The notes beneath the pieces were generated by a model. That model saw nothing but the letters and a program-made list of their open reading frames with translations, ran no database searches and was not told the origin of the DNA. DNA of 64,000 nucleotides from Desulfobacterales bacterium (lineage in GTDB: Bacteria; Desulfobacterota; Desulfobacteria; Desulfobacterales; 4572-123). How positions within the stretch are numbered: the first letter of the stretch is position 1; every line of letters starts with the position of its first letter. The translations under genes were made by a program, and so were the position numbers. Below are positions 1 to 9,179 of the stretch, one piece after another. The stretch lies in NCBI GenBank assembly GCA_963667755.2, contig CAXXLK010000001.1:1501862-1565861 (forward strand). The letters are read 5' to 3'.

Positions 1-1
1 G

Positions 2-1638
2 GTAAACCCCATTGACCAGGCTGGCGTAAATTGGTCACTTATTCCGGTTGAAAATATAGAACGTATTGAAGTTCTCCATGGCTCGGGTTCTGTTTTGTAT
101 GGAGATAATGCCATGGGCGGTGTGGTCAATATCATTACCAAGCGTGGCGGCGAAGGATCGAAGTTTCAGGCAGAGATAGCGACCGGGACAGACAATACTA
201 ACAAGATCAGGATCGGCAGCGGATTCAATGCAGGTGCGATAGGGTTGGACCTTGGATATACCGAATATCAGACAGATGGGTATCGGGACAGATCTGAGCT
301 TAATCGTAAAAATTTGTATGGAAATCTCCAGGCCGATCTTACGGATAGTTTTTTTGTATTTTTTGATGTGAATGCCAGTGAATCCGAATATCAGCTTCCG
401 GGAGCCCTGACTGAAGCTCAGATGGCTGCCGACCGCACACAATCAATCAACCCCGATGATGAGGGAGAATCCCAAAAAGTTGTCTTTACGCTGGGTGCCA
501 AGAAAGACTTTGGACAATATGGTGCGTTGAAGATTAACTTAAGTTACGGTGACGAGGATATTGACAGTGATATGGCCTCTTGGTGGAGTTATATGGTTTT
601 TGATGTGCAAACCCTGGGATTGACGTCTCAGTATATTCTTGAAAAAAGTCTGGCGGGGAAAGACAATCGACTGACGCTGGGTGTTGACTTTTATGATACC
701 CGGTTCGAAGCGTGGAGCGGTTCTTTTAAAGGCGATCGAAGCAGTAGTTATGATCACAGTAAAAAGACACTGGCCGGTTATATCCAAGATGAGTTTAACC
801 TGACGGATTCGGTGCTTTTGAATGTGGGTGCACGGTACGAAAAACCTGAAATAGAATTAAGCGCCGATATTCCAGGAAATGTGACAGACGAGGAAATGGA
901 TGAGGGAGAATGGGCCTGGAATATCGGTCTGGCCTATTCTTTTTTACCCGGTTCAAAAATCTACAGCCGTGTCTATCGTTCTTTTCGATATCCGGTGGTG
1001 GACGAGTTTACCAGTTATTACACCGGTGAAATCAATAAGGATTTACAACAGGAGACGGCCATAGGGTATGAGGCAGGCCTCGGGCTCACCCTGTTTTCAA
1101 AGCTTAAATTGAACTTGAGAGGGTACCTGATGGAAGTGAAGGATGAAATCGTCTGGAGCGGTGTCCAGAACGAAAATCTGGATGAAACTCGGCACGTCGG
1201 TGGTGAGGTCGATGTTAATTATCAGGTCACTGATTTTATGGCCCTTTATGGCGGTGGCGGTTATACGGATGCCGAATTTACCAAGGGCGCCAATGACGGA
1301 AAAGATATTCCCCTGGTGCCGGACTGGAAAGCCAATGCGGGAATCGATTTCAAGTCTGTCAATGGCCTGAGATATCGGGTCCAGTATAATTATGTGGGCG
1401 AGCAATACTTTGGAAGTGACTACGGCAATAACTACGATAAGATGGATAGCCACAATACGGTGGATATGTATCTTTCCTATAATTTAAAGGACTTGAAATA
1501 TTTGCCAATGCAACCAATATTTTTAATGAAGAATATTCCGATTCCGGATATTATCGGTCCTATGTGACGCCACCCGATGGAACTTACTACCCCATGCCCG
1601 AGGCCGTTTACCTGGTGGGTGTGAGGTTCAGTTATTAA
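2..1638 (+). pseudogene. TonB-dependent outer-membrane receptor; 5' end lies outside the window; apparent 1-nt frameshift near 1490
   Basis: Frame 2 reads from nt 2 as ...[30 protein letters not shown] (plug-domain motif) and continues as ORF 95..1567. After about 1490 the family-typical C-terminus [21 protein letters not shown]...PMPEAVYLVGVRFSY* continues in frame 1 to the TAA at 1636-1638. The original frame instead reads unrelated residues and stops at 1567. Confidence 0.75.
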
Positions 1639-1678
1639 TTTGATATTGGTTGTTTCGTAAAAAAGAGATATATAAAAA

Positions 1679-1706
1679 GGGGACGCCTTGGAGCGTCCCT
1701 TTTTTT
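1679..1706 (+). terminator. Rho-independent terminator after the receptor gene
   Basis: Stem GGGACGC (1680-1686) / GCGTCCC (1693-1699), 6-nt loop, then T7 (1700-1706). An A-run lies on the 5' side. Confidence 0.7.
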
Positions 1707-1713
1707 ATGATTC

Positions 1714-3780
1714 ATGATGGGATTGTCTTTGCAACAGGGGGTATTCATGGGAAATAGAAAAAGTGTTTCGACTATCGCCGGAGTTGTTTTTTTCTGTATT
1801 GGCATGTTGCTTTTTACCGGTGCGCCCGTACATGCAGCGCCGCTGATTTTTACCGACTCGGGCGGCCATCGGATCGTCATTGAGAAACCTCCGGCCCGGG
1901 TCGTTTCCCTGGTTCCCGGGATTACCGAAACGATTTTCGCACTTGGGGCCGGTGCCCGGATTGTGGGCCGGACCTATCACGGTACCTGGCCCCCGGAAAC
2001 GGCGGATGTTCCGGTTATGGGTGGTTTTTTTTCACCCGCCTTGGAAAAAATCGAGCAGGCAAAACCGGATATGATTTTTTATTCGACTCTTCAGGAGAAG
2101 GTGGTTGATAAATTTGCCGGCAGTGCCTGTGCCATGGTTAATCTGGAAACGGGTTCACTTGCCGACAGCTATCACAATATTGTTTTGATAGGGCGAATAT
2201 TTGATCATGAAAAGGAGGCGCAACTACTTGTGAATGACATCAAGGATGAGATGACGCTTGTCTCACAGAAGATCGATCAGATCCCGGCGGCAAAGCGATG
2301 CCGGGTCATGCGGATCATGGGACGGGAGACCATGATGACGCCGGGCAATGACAGTTTTCAAAGCGAGATGATTCGTGCAGCCGGGGGCATTGCCCCTGAT
2401 TTCGGCAAGACGGGCAGCGTGGTGCCGGTGACCATGGACGAGTGGGTAAAATTCAATCCCCAGGTGATCTACGGCTGCGGAGGGGACCGGGCCCTTGTTG
2501 CCGGTCTTCTGGAACAGCCCGGGTGGAAGGATGTGGATGCGGTGAAAAGCGGTCGGATCTATTTTTTTCCCTGTGACCTGACCTGCCGTGCCGCCACCCA
2601 TACCGGCTATTTTGTCTCCTGGCTGGCGGCCAGGCTTTATTCAGGTGAGTTCGTGGCATCAGGGGCCGGTGTTCTGGAAGATAAAATTTTTAAAACCCGC
2701 AACCTGAATATTGACCTTGAGTATATCGAAGCTGCGAAAATTGCTTACAGCCGTATTTATGATTTTATCAATAAAACCCTGGTGATCGATTTTAAAGGGC
2801 CCCTTGATATTGTTTCCACCCTTGCCGGTTTTAAAAGCGATATCACCACCGTGGGCAACCATTATGCATCCCAGCCATGCTGGGCCGTGGCCCATCGTGA
2901 CGGTATGGATGCCATGGCAGACCGGATATGCAAAGCCATGGAAAGAAGCCGGAACCACTCCAGTTTTATGATGACCGGGGCGGACATGGATAACCTGTCT
3001 GTTCAAACAGCCGCGTTCAGGGATATGCGGGTGTATGCCCTGGTCACGGCCGGGGTGTCATCCAACGCCCTTCGCACCTCAGTAGATGAAGGCAACTATT
3101 ATGAACCGGGCACCATCAATATTATCCTGCTGACCAACATGACGCTCAGCCAGCGGGCCATGACCCGGGCGATTATTACCGCCACCGAGGCCAAGACGGC
3201 GGCCCTGGCCGATCTGGATATCCGCAGCAGCTTTTCCGGCATGCGGCATCAGGCCACGGGTACAGGGACCGACAACATTATCGTGGTGCAGGGAACGGGC
3301 GTAGATATCGACAACAGCGGAGGTCACACCAAAATGGGCGAACTGCTGGCAAAGGCTGTTTATGCCGGTGTTGCAGAGGCTGTTTTCAAGCAGAACGGCC
3401 ACACGCCCGACCGGAACGTGTTTCAGCGCCTGAACGAGCGACAAACCACGGTATTTGAGCTGCTGACCGATATGCCCTGTAATTGTGCTGCCCGGAAGCC
3501 GGCATTTTTCGAGGGCGTGGAACGCCTCCTGCTGGATCCTTTCTATGCCGGTTTTATCCAGTCTGCCCTGGCCCTGAGCGATGCCTATGAAAAAGGACTG
3601 GTGGGGGATCTGGGAAGTTTTGAAATCTGGTGTCGTGACGTTACCCGTGATATTGCCGGTGAAACCGTCGATGATCTGACGGATTTTGTCGTTTCTGATA
3701 AGATCCCCCTGGTTCAGAAGATGGCCCTTAATGCCTTGATAAACGGGGTCTGGATTAAGATTAAAGCCGGAGAAGGTTGA
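1714..3780 (+). CDS. Fusion protein: periplasmic corrinoid/siderophore-type binding domain (BtuF-like) + adenosylcobinamide amidohydrolase (CbiZ) domain + uncharacterised C-terminal region
   Basis: 688-aa ORF. The N-terminus has a signal-like hydrophobic stretch (VVFFCIGMLLFTGAPVHA) and an alternative start at 1747. ARVVSLVPGITETIFALGAG...GRTY is typical of Peripla_BP_2 proteins. The central segment GTINIILLTNMTLSQRAMTRAIITATEAKTAALADLDIRSS...ATGTGTDNIIVV is the CbiZ signature. Confidence 0.75.
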   Translation: MMGLSLQQGVFMGNRKSVSTIAGVVFFCIGMLLFTGAPVHAAPLIFTDSGGHRIVIEKPPARVVSLVPGITETIFALGAGARIVGRTYHGTWPPETADVPVMGGFFSPALEKIEQAKPDMIFYSTLQEKVVDKFAGSACAMVNLETGSLADSYHNIVLIGRIFDHEKEAQLLVNDIKDEMTLVSQKIDQIPAAKRCRVMRIMGRETMMTPGNDSFQSEMIRAAGGIAPDFGKTGSVVPVTMDEWVKFNPQVIYGCGGDRALVAGLLEQPGWKDVDAVKSGRIYFFPCDLTCRAATHTGYFVSWLAARLYSGEFVASGAGVLEDKIFKTRNLNIDLEYIEAAKIAYSRIYDFINKTLVIDFKGPLDIVSTLAGFKSDITTVGNHYASQPCWAVAHRDGMDAMADRICKAMERSRNHSSFMMTGADMDNLSVQTAAFRDMRVYALVTAGVSSNALRTSVDEGNYYEPGTINIILLTNMTLSQRAMTRAIITATEAKTAALADLDIRSSFSGMRHQATGTGTDNIIVVQGTGVDIDNSGGHTKMGELLAKAVYAGVAEAVFKQNGHTPDRNVFQRLNERQTTVFELLTDMPCNCAARKPAFFEGVERLLLDPFYAGFIQSALALSDAYEKGLVGDLGSFEIWCRDVTRDIAGETVDDLTDFVVSDKIPLVQKMALNALINGVWIKIKAGEG

Positions 3781-3880
3781 ATGCTTAAGGTTGAAGTGAG
3801 AAATGAGAAGTGAGCAGTTTGGGTTTCGCTTCGCCCCTGCCTGTTTTATTAAAACTTGAAAGTGCAGCGGATTTTGTATA

Positions 3881-4085
3881 CCTTGACCAGGTAAACGGAA
3901 AGCGCAAAATACAAACACCACATGACAAACAATTTTCAAATCTCAGACAAAATTAAAAGCTATTTGATTAACCCTATGGTCTCTTGAATTGTTGTGCAGT
4001 TCGATTTTTTTGGTTTTGAAATTTGGAATTTTAATCATTGTGATTTGTTTGAAATTTGGTTTTGATTATTGTGATTTTTTTGACA
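3881..4085 (-). repeat. Composite intergenic repeat (modules 3+4), copy 1, reverse orientation relative to the copy at 62716-62955
   Basis: 3881-3986 is the reverse complement of the CAAGACGATATGGGGTTAATCAAATGGC...CCAGGTTAGG module seen at 17203-17310 and 62810-62955. 4015-4085 (GGAATTTTAATCATTGTGATTTGTTTGAAATTTGG...) is the reverse complement of 62716-62790. Confidence 0.8.
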
Positions 4086-4137
4086 TAAAAAACAAGAATT
4101 TCAGTATTCAAATTTTAAAACATTTTCTGAGGCCTGT

Positions 4138-5163
4138 ATGGCAGCCTATTTTATCCGGCGATTGCTTCTGATTATCCCCACCTTTCTGGGCATCACCATC
4201 ATGGTGTTTACCATTACCCGGTTTGTGCCCGGGGGACCCATTGAACGGATCATTGCCCAGGCCCGGCAGATGCAGCGTATCGACGGCGGGAGTCCGGCTG
4301 CAGGCGGCAATCAGACCCAGCCGCTGTCCCAGGATCAGATCAATGAGCTGAATCGTTACTACGGCTTTGACAAGCCGGTTGTCGTCAGCTATTTTTTGTG
4401 GCTGGGCAAGGTGCTGACCGGGGACCTGGGGACCTCCACCCGGTATTATGATCCGGTCTGGGACATGATTTCAGAACGCATTCCCATTTCACTTTATTTC
4501 GGCCTCATCTCCATGGTCATTGTTTACGGGGTCTGCATCCCCCTGGGGATTGCCAAGGCCATCCGGCACAAAAGCGTTTTTGATAATCTCTCTTCAATGA
4601 TTGTTTTTATCGGCTATGCGGTTCCCGGCTGGGTCATCGGGGTGCTGATGCTGGTATTGTTTGCCTCGCACTGGGAGTTTTTCCCTCTGGGGGGCGTGGT
4701 CAGCGACGGCTTCGAAGATTTCGGTATGTTTCAGAGGGGACTCGATCTTCTCTGGCATACCATTTTGCCCCTGTTGGCATATGTTCTGGGGTCTTTCACC
4801 GTCATGACCTTTCTCATGAAAAACACCCTCATGGACAATCTGTCGGCGGATTATGTGCGCACCGCCATTGCCAAGGGGCTGCCCTTTAAAAAGGCGGTGT
4901 TCCGGCATGCCCTCAGAAACAGCCTGATCCCCATTGCCACCAGTTTCGGAAGCAATGTGTCGGTGGTGCTGTCCGGATCTTTTCTCATCGAAAAGGTGTT
5001 CAATATCAACGGGATGGGCCTTTTGGGCTATGAATCGGTGGTGGAGCGGGATTATCCGGTGGTGATGGGTATCCTGGTGATTTCATCCCTGCTGTTCATG
5101 ATCGGCAATATTCTTTCGGATATATGTGTGGCCCTGGTGGACCCGCGGGTAAAATTCGAGTAA
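4138..5163 (+). CDS. Peptide/microcin-type ABC transporter permease (YejB/OppB-like)
   Basis: 341 aa. The N-terminus MAAYFIRRLLLIIPTFLGITIMVF and the multi-TM layout are typical of OppB/DppB/YejB permeases. Confidence 0.85.
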   Translation: MAAYFIRRLLLIIPTFLGITIMVFTITRFVPGGPIERIIAQARQMQRIDGGSPAAGGNQTQPLSQDQINELNRYYGFDKPVVVSYFLWLGKVLTGDLGTSTRYYDPVWDMISERIPISLYFGLISMVIVYGVCIPLGIAKAIRHKSVFDNLSSMIVFIGYAVPGWVIGVLMLVLFASHWEFFPLGGVVSDGFEDFGMFQRGLDLLWHTILPLLAYVLGSFTVMTFLMKNTLMDNLSADYVRTAIAKGLPFKKAVFRHALRNSLIPIATSFGSNVSVVLSGSFLIEKVFNINGMGLLGYESVVERDYPVVMGILVISSLLFMIGNILSDICVALVDPRVKFE

Positions 5164-5170
5164 ATCACAT

Positions 5171-6214
5171 ATGACACTCAATCCTCTGACCCAAAAAAAA
5201 ATAAAGCGTTTCAGGTCCATCAAACGGGGCTATTATTCGTTTTTGATCATCATGGCCATGATCGCCCTGTCCTTTGGTGCAGAACTGCTGGTGAGCAACC
5301 GGGCACTGGTCGTCTGCTATCAGGGGCATTATTATTTCCCCACCTACGGGTATCAGCGAGCCGGGAAGACCTTCGGGCTTGAGTATGACTATGAAACCGA
5401 TTACCGGCAATTGAAAAAAAAGTTTGAAAAGGAAAACAGCCCCGACTGGGTTCTGCTGCCCCCCGTTCCCTGGAACGCCTATGAAAACGATTTGAAAGCG
5501 GATACCTTTCCGCCGTTTCCCCCTTCCTGGGCCGACCAACATTACCTGGGGACGGATACCGTGGGCCGGGATATTGTGGCACGCCTGGTTTACGGGTTTC
5601 GGATCGCCATTTTGTTTTCCCTTGTCCTGCTGCTGGTAAACTATTGCGTGGGGATTGCCATCGGCAGTGCCATGGGGTTTTTCGGGGGCCGGTTCGATCT
5701 TTTTTTCCAGCGCATCATCGAAATCTGGTCCAACGTACCTTTTTTGTATATCATCATTATCATCTCCTCCATTGTGGTGCCCAGTTTCTTTATTCTGATT
5801 TTAATCATGGCCTTTTTCGGCTGGATCGGCATGACATGGACCATGCGGACGGTTACCTACAAGGAACGGGAGCGGGAGTATGTACTGGCGGCCCGGGTGC
5901 TGGGGGCCGGTAGTTTCAGGATCATATTTCGTCATATCATTCCCAATACCATTGCCGTGATCGTGACCTATGCGCCCTTTGCGGTGTCCGGGGGCATCGT
6001 GGCCCTGACATCCCTGGATTACCTGGGGTTTGGCCTGCCGCCGCCCACTCCCAGCTGGGGGGAGCTGCTGCAGCAGGGCTGGGCCAACCTGGATGCCTGG
6101 TGGATCGGCGCTTCGGTGATCGGTGCCATGACCCTTACCCTGATGACGGTTATTTTTACCGGCGAGGCCATCCGGGAGGCTTTTGATCCAAAGCGGCATA
6201 CGACCTATGAATAA
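5171..6214 (+). CDS. Peptide/microcin-type ABC transporter permease (YejE/OppC-like)
   Basis: 347 aa, multi-TM, with the LGTDxxGRD motif (HYLGTDTVGRDIVARL) typical of OppC/DppC/YejE. Confidence 0.85.
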   Translation: MTLNPLTQKKIKRFRSIKRGYYSFLIIMAMIALSFGAELLVSNRALVVCYQGHYYFPTYGYQRAGKTFGLEYDYETDYRQLKKKFEKENSPDWVLLPPVPWNAYENDLKADTFPPFPPSWADQHYLGTDTVGRDIVARLVYGFRIAILFSLVLLLVNYCVGIAIGSAMGFFGGRFDLFFQRIIEIWSNVPFLYIIIIISSIVVPSFFILILIMAFFGWIGMTWTMRTVTYKEREREYVLAARVLGAGSFRIIFRHIIPNTIAVIVTYAPFAVSGGIVALTSLDYLGFGLPPPTPSWGELLQQGWANLDAWWIGASVIGAMTLTLMTVIFTGEAIREAFDPKRHTTYE

Positions 6215-6326
6215 ACGTTTACAGTTTGCTATGTTGCGGTAAAAGGTTATACCCCTGTGAACGGTTATGAATATCGGGGCACTTTGCCCGTATGAAATTT
6301 TTAAAGCAATGAAAGGAATCGTTAAT

Positions 6327-8141
6327 ATGGTGAAACGATTGACGATAGTTGCAACCCTCGGGCTGCTGTGCCTTTTTTTAAGTCTGCCGGCACTGTCCCT
6401 GGCAACCGAAGATCTGCCCGGGGGCCTGAAATGGCTGACCAATGATTCGGATCCGGTGTTTGCGTCCCCCGATGCCCGAAAAGGCGGCATCCTCCGCAAT
6501 GCCATACTCGATTTTCCCCTGACTTTCCGGGTGGTGGGACCGGACTCCAACAGCAGTTTCAGGGGTGCCATTTTAGGTAATCAGTTGGGTCTCATCGGGA
6601 TTCATCCCAACACCTTGAACACGATTCCCGAACTGGCGACCCACTGGGCCTATGGAAACGATAAAAAGACCATGTATTTCAAGCTGAACCCGAGGGCCCG
6701 CTGGTCCGACGGTGTGCCGGTGACAGCCGGTGATTTTGCCTTTACCCTGGAATTCATGCGCTCAAAACATATTGTGGCACCCTGGTATAACGATTACTAT
6801 ACCAAGGAGATCGAAAAGGTCATTATTTATGATGATCACACCCTGGCGGTGGTAAGCACCAAGGCCCAGCCGGACCTAAATCTGAAGCTGGGCCTCAGTC
6901 CTACGCCGCGTCATTTTTACGACACCCTGGACAAGGATTTTGTCAAAAAATACAACTGGAAAATTGTGCCCAATACCGGGGCCTACCAGATTTCAAAAGT
7001 CGAAAAAGGAAAGCAGGTCACCTTCAAGCGGAAAAAGGACTGGTGGGCAAAAGATCTGCGGTTTTTTAAACACCGGTTTAATGTGGACACGGTTAAATTT
7101 TCCGTGGTCCGGGATTACAACCTGCAGTGGGAATATTTTAAAAAGGGCCGGGTGGATGTCTTTTCCCTGGTCATGCCCAAGTTCTGGCATGTGCGCAGCC
7201 AAACACCGGTGGTGGAAGACGGGTATGTAAACCGGATATGGTTTTTTAACGATACCCAGCAATCGGCCATGGGGTTGTGGCTCAACCAGGACCGGGAGAT
7301 TTTCAAAGACCCCAATGTCCGGTATGCCTTTGCCCATGCCATGAATATCCAGAAGGTGATCGAGCAGGTGCTGCGCAATGATTATTTCAGGCTGGAGCAC
7401 GGGTTTGTGGGGTATGGCCCCTATTCCAACACCACGATAAGGGCCCGGCGGTTTGATCTTGAACGGGTGGACCACTATATGAAGGCCTCGGGTTGGCAGC
7501 GGGGTCCCGACGGGATATGGCAGAAAAATGATCATCGGTTTTCCGTGGAGGTCTCCTACAGCCAGGATGCCCATACGCCCCGGCTGGTGGTCTTAAAGGA
7601 AGAGGCCAAAAAAGCGGGTATTGAATTGCGACTCCAGCGCCTGGACCCGGCGGCCGCCTATAAAAAGGTCATTGAAAAAAAACACGACGTGGCCTGGATG
7701 GGCTGGAGTACATCTTTTCGGCCCCAGTACTGGGAGCATTTTCATTCAGTGAATGCGCACAAACCCCAGACCAACAATATCACCAACACGGATGATCCGG
7801 ACATGGACCGCCTCATCACTGCCTTTCGCGATTCTTTGGATGAGAACGAGCGGATCGAGCTGTCTCTTAAAATTCAGGCAAAAATTCATGCCATCGGCTG
7901 TTTTGTGCCGACCTTCATGGTACCCTATACCCGGGAGGCATACTGGCGCTGGTGGCGCCTGCCAGATGTCCCGGGGACCCGTGTTTCCGACAGTCTTTTC
8001 AGCCCCTTTGACAGCACCACCGGCGGCCTTTTCTGGTATGACAAGAAACTGTATGAGGAGACCCGAAAGGCGATGAAGCAGAAAAAGACATTTGCCCCGG
8101 TCACCATCATCGATGAAACGTTTAAAAAAGTTGAAAATTGA
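6327..8141 (+). CDS. Family-5 extracellular solute-binding protein (YejA/OppA-like)
   Basis: ORF 6267..8141. The start at 6327 gives the signal peptide MVKRLTIVATLGLLCLFLSLPALSLA and is preceded by AAAGGAA. Size and composition fit SBP_bac_5. Confidence 0.8.
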   Translation: MVKRLTIVATLGLLCLFLSLPALSLATEDLPGGLKWLTNDSDPVFASPDARKGGILRNAILDFPLTFRVVGPDSNSSFRGAILGNQLGLIGIHPNTLNTIPELATHWAYGNDKKTMYFKLNPRARWSDGVPVTAGDFAFTLEFMRSKHIVAPWYNDYYTKEIEKVIIYDDHTLAVVSTKAQPDLNLKLGLSPTPRHFYDTLDKDFVKKYNWKIVPNTGAYQISKVEKGKQVTFKRKKDWWAKDLRFFKHRFNVDTVKFSVVRDYNLQWEYFKKGRVDVFSLVMPKFWHVRSQTPVVEDGYVNRIWFFNDTQQSAMGLWLNQDREIFKDPNVRYAFAHAMNIQKVIEQVLRNDYFRLEHGFVGYGPYSNTTIRARRFDLERVDHYMKASGWQRGPDGIWQKNDHRFSVEVSYSQDAHTPRLVVLKEEAKKAGIELRLQRLDPAAAYKKVIEKKHDVAWMGWSTSFRPQYWEHFHSVNAHKPQTNNITNTDDPDMDRLITAFRDSLDENERIELSLKIQAKIHAIGCFVPTFMVPYTREAYWRWWRLPDVPGTRVSDSLFSPFDSTTGGLFWYDKKLYEETRKAMKQKKTFAPVTIIDETFKKVEN

Positions 8142-8156
8142 CTTGTAACTTGAAGC

Positions 8157-9170
8157 ATGGCACTTGAAACGCTGCATCCAAAAGGGAATCGTTACTTGAA
8201 ATCAGGCATTATTTTAGAGGTAAAAAACCTGGTGACAGCCTTTGAAACCGAAGAAGGCCGGGTCCGGGCCGTGGAGGATGTGGGATTTTCGGTGGCACCC
8301 GGCCAGACCCTGGGGATCGTGGGGGAGTCGGGGTGCGGAAAGAGTGTCACCGCACTGTCCATCATGCGGCTGTTGCCCAAACCCTCGGGCATCATCGAGA
8401 AAGGTCAGGTTCTTTTCCGGGGTACGGATATTCTCAGGCTTCCTGCCGATGAACTCCACGGGATCCGGGGTAATCGGATATCCATGATTTTCCAGGAGCC
8501 CATGACCGCCTTGAATCCGGTTCAAAAGATCGGGAAACAATTAAAAGAGGTCTTCTGGCTTCACTACCCCGACCTGACCGAACAGACGATACGGGAAAAA
8601 TCAATACAGATGTTGGATAAAGTCGGCATCTCCGAACCTGAGGCCCGGCTGAATGAATACATGCACCAGATTTCAGGGGGCATGCGTCAGCGGATCATGA
8701 TCGCCATGGCCCTTTTGTGTGAACCCGATATCCTCATTGCCGACGAACCCACCACGGCCCTGGATGTCACCATTCAGGCCCAGATCCTTGACCTGATCAA
8801 AAAAATGCAGCAGGACATGGGCATGGCGGTGATCTTTATTACCCACGACCTGGGGGTTATTGCCGAGGTCTGTGATGCTGTTCTGGTCATGTATGCGGGA
8901 AGAGTGGCTGAACAGGCACTTGTGGGGGAATTGTTCAAAAATCCCCTTCATCCGTATACCCGTGGTCTTTTATCATCGATTCCAAGGCTGGAAAGCCCCC
9001 GGAAGTCACTGTTGAAAACGATTCCGGGGATGGTGCCGAGCCTTCTTGACCTGCCCAAAGGGTGCCGGTTTCGAAACCGCTGCAACCATGCCATGGAAAA
9101 ATGTAAAACAGTGCCGCCGTTAAATGATGAGGGTGATAATCATCTGGTGGCGTGCCATTTGTATAAGTGA
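8157..9170 (+). CDS. Oligopeptide-type ABC transporter ATP-binding protein (OppD/DppD-like)
   Basis: Walker A GESGCGKS, signature SGGMRQR, Walker B ILIADEPTTALD, C-terminal oligopeptide-type extension (HPYTRGLL...CRFRNRC). Confidence 0.9.
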   Translation: MALETLHPKGNRYLKSGIILEVKNLVTAFETEEGRVRAVEDVGFSVAPGQTLGIVGESGCGKSVTALSIMRLLPKPSGIIEKGQVLFRGTDILRLPADELHGIRGNRISMIFQEPMTALNPVQKIGKQLKEVFWLHYPDLTEQTIREKSIQMLDKVGISEPEARLNEYMHQISGGMRQRIMIAMALLCEPDILIADEPTTALDVTIQAQILDLIKKMQQDMGMAVIFITHDLGVIAEVCDAVLVMYAGRVAEQALVGELFKNPLHPYTRGLLSSIPRLESPRKSLLKTIPGMVPSLLDLPKGCRFRNRCNHAMEKCKTVPPLNDEGDNHLVACHLYK

Positions 9171-9179
9171 AAATTGGCT

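Noticed and set aside
1568-1713. Search for a cobalamin riboswitch near the corrinoid genes
   Set aside because: The spacer is short and is occupied by the frameshifted receptor C-terminus plus a terminator. I saw no B12-box-like sequence. Any riboswitch would lie upstream of the receptor gene, outside the window.
3079-3939. 286-aa minus-strand ORF
   Set aside because: Antisense to the CbiZ-domain region of 1714..3780. No recognisable motifs or Shine-Dalgarno.
5801-6571. 256-aa minus-strand ORF
   Set aside because: Antisense to the yejE-like and SBP genes. The composition is low-complexity and Arg/Gly/Pro-rich.
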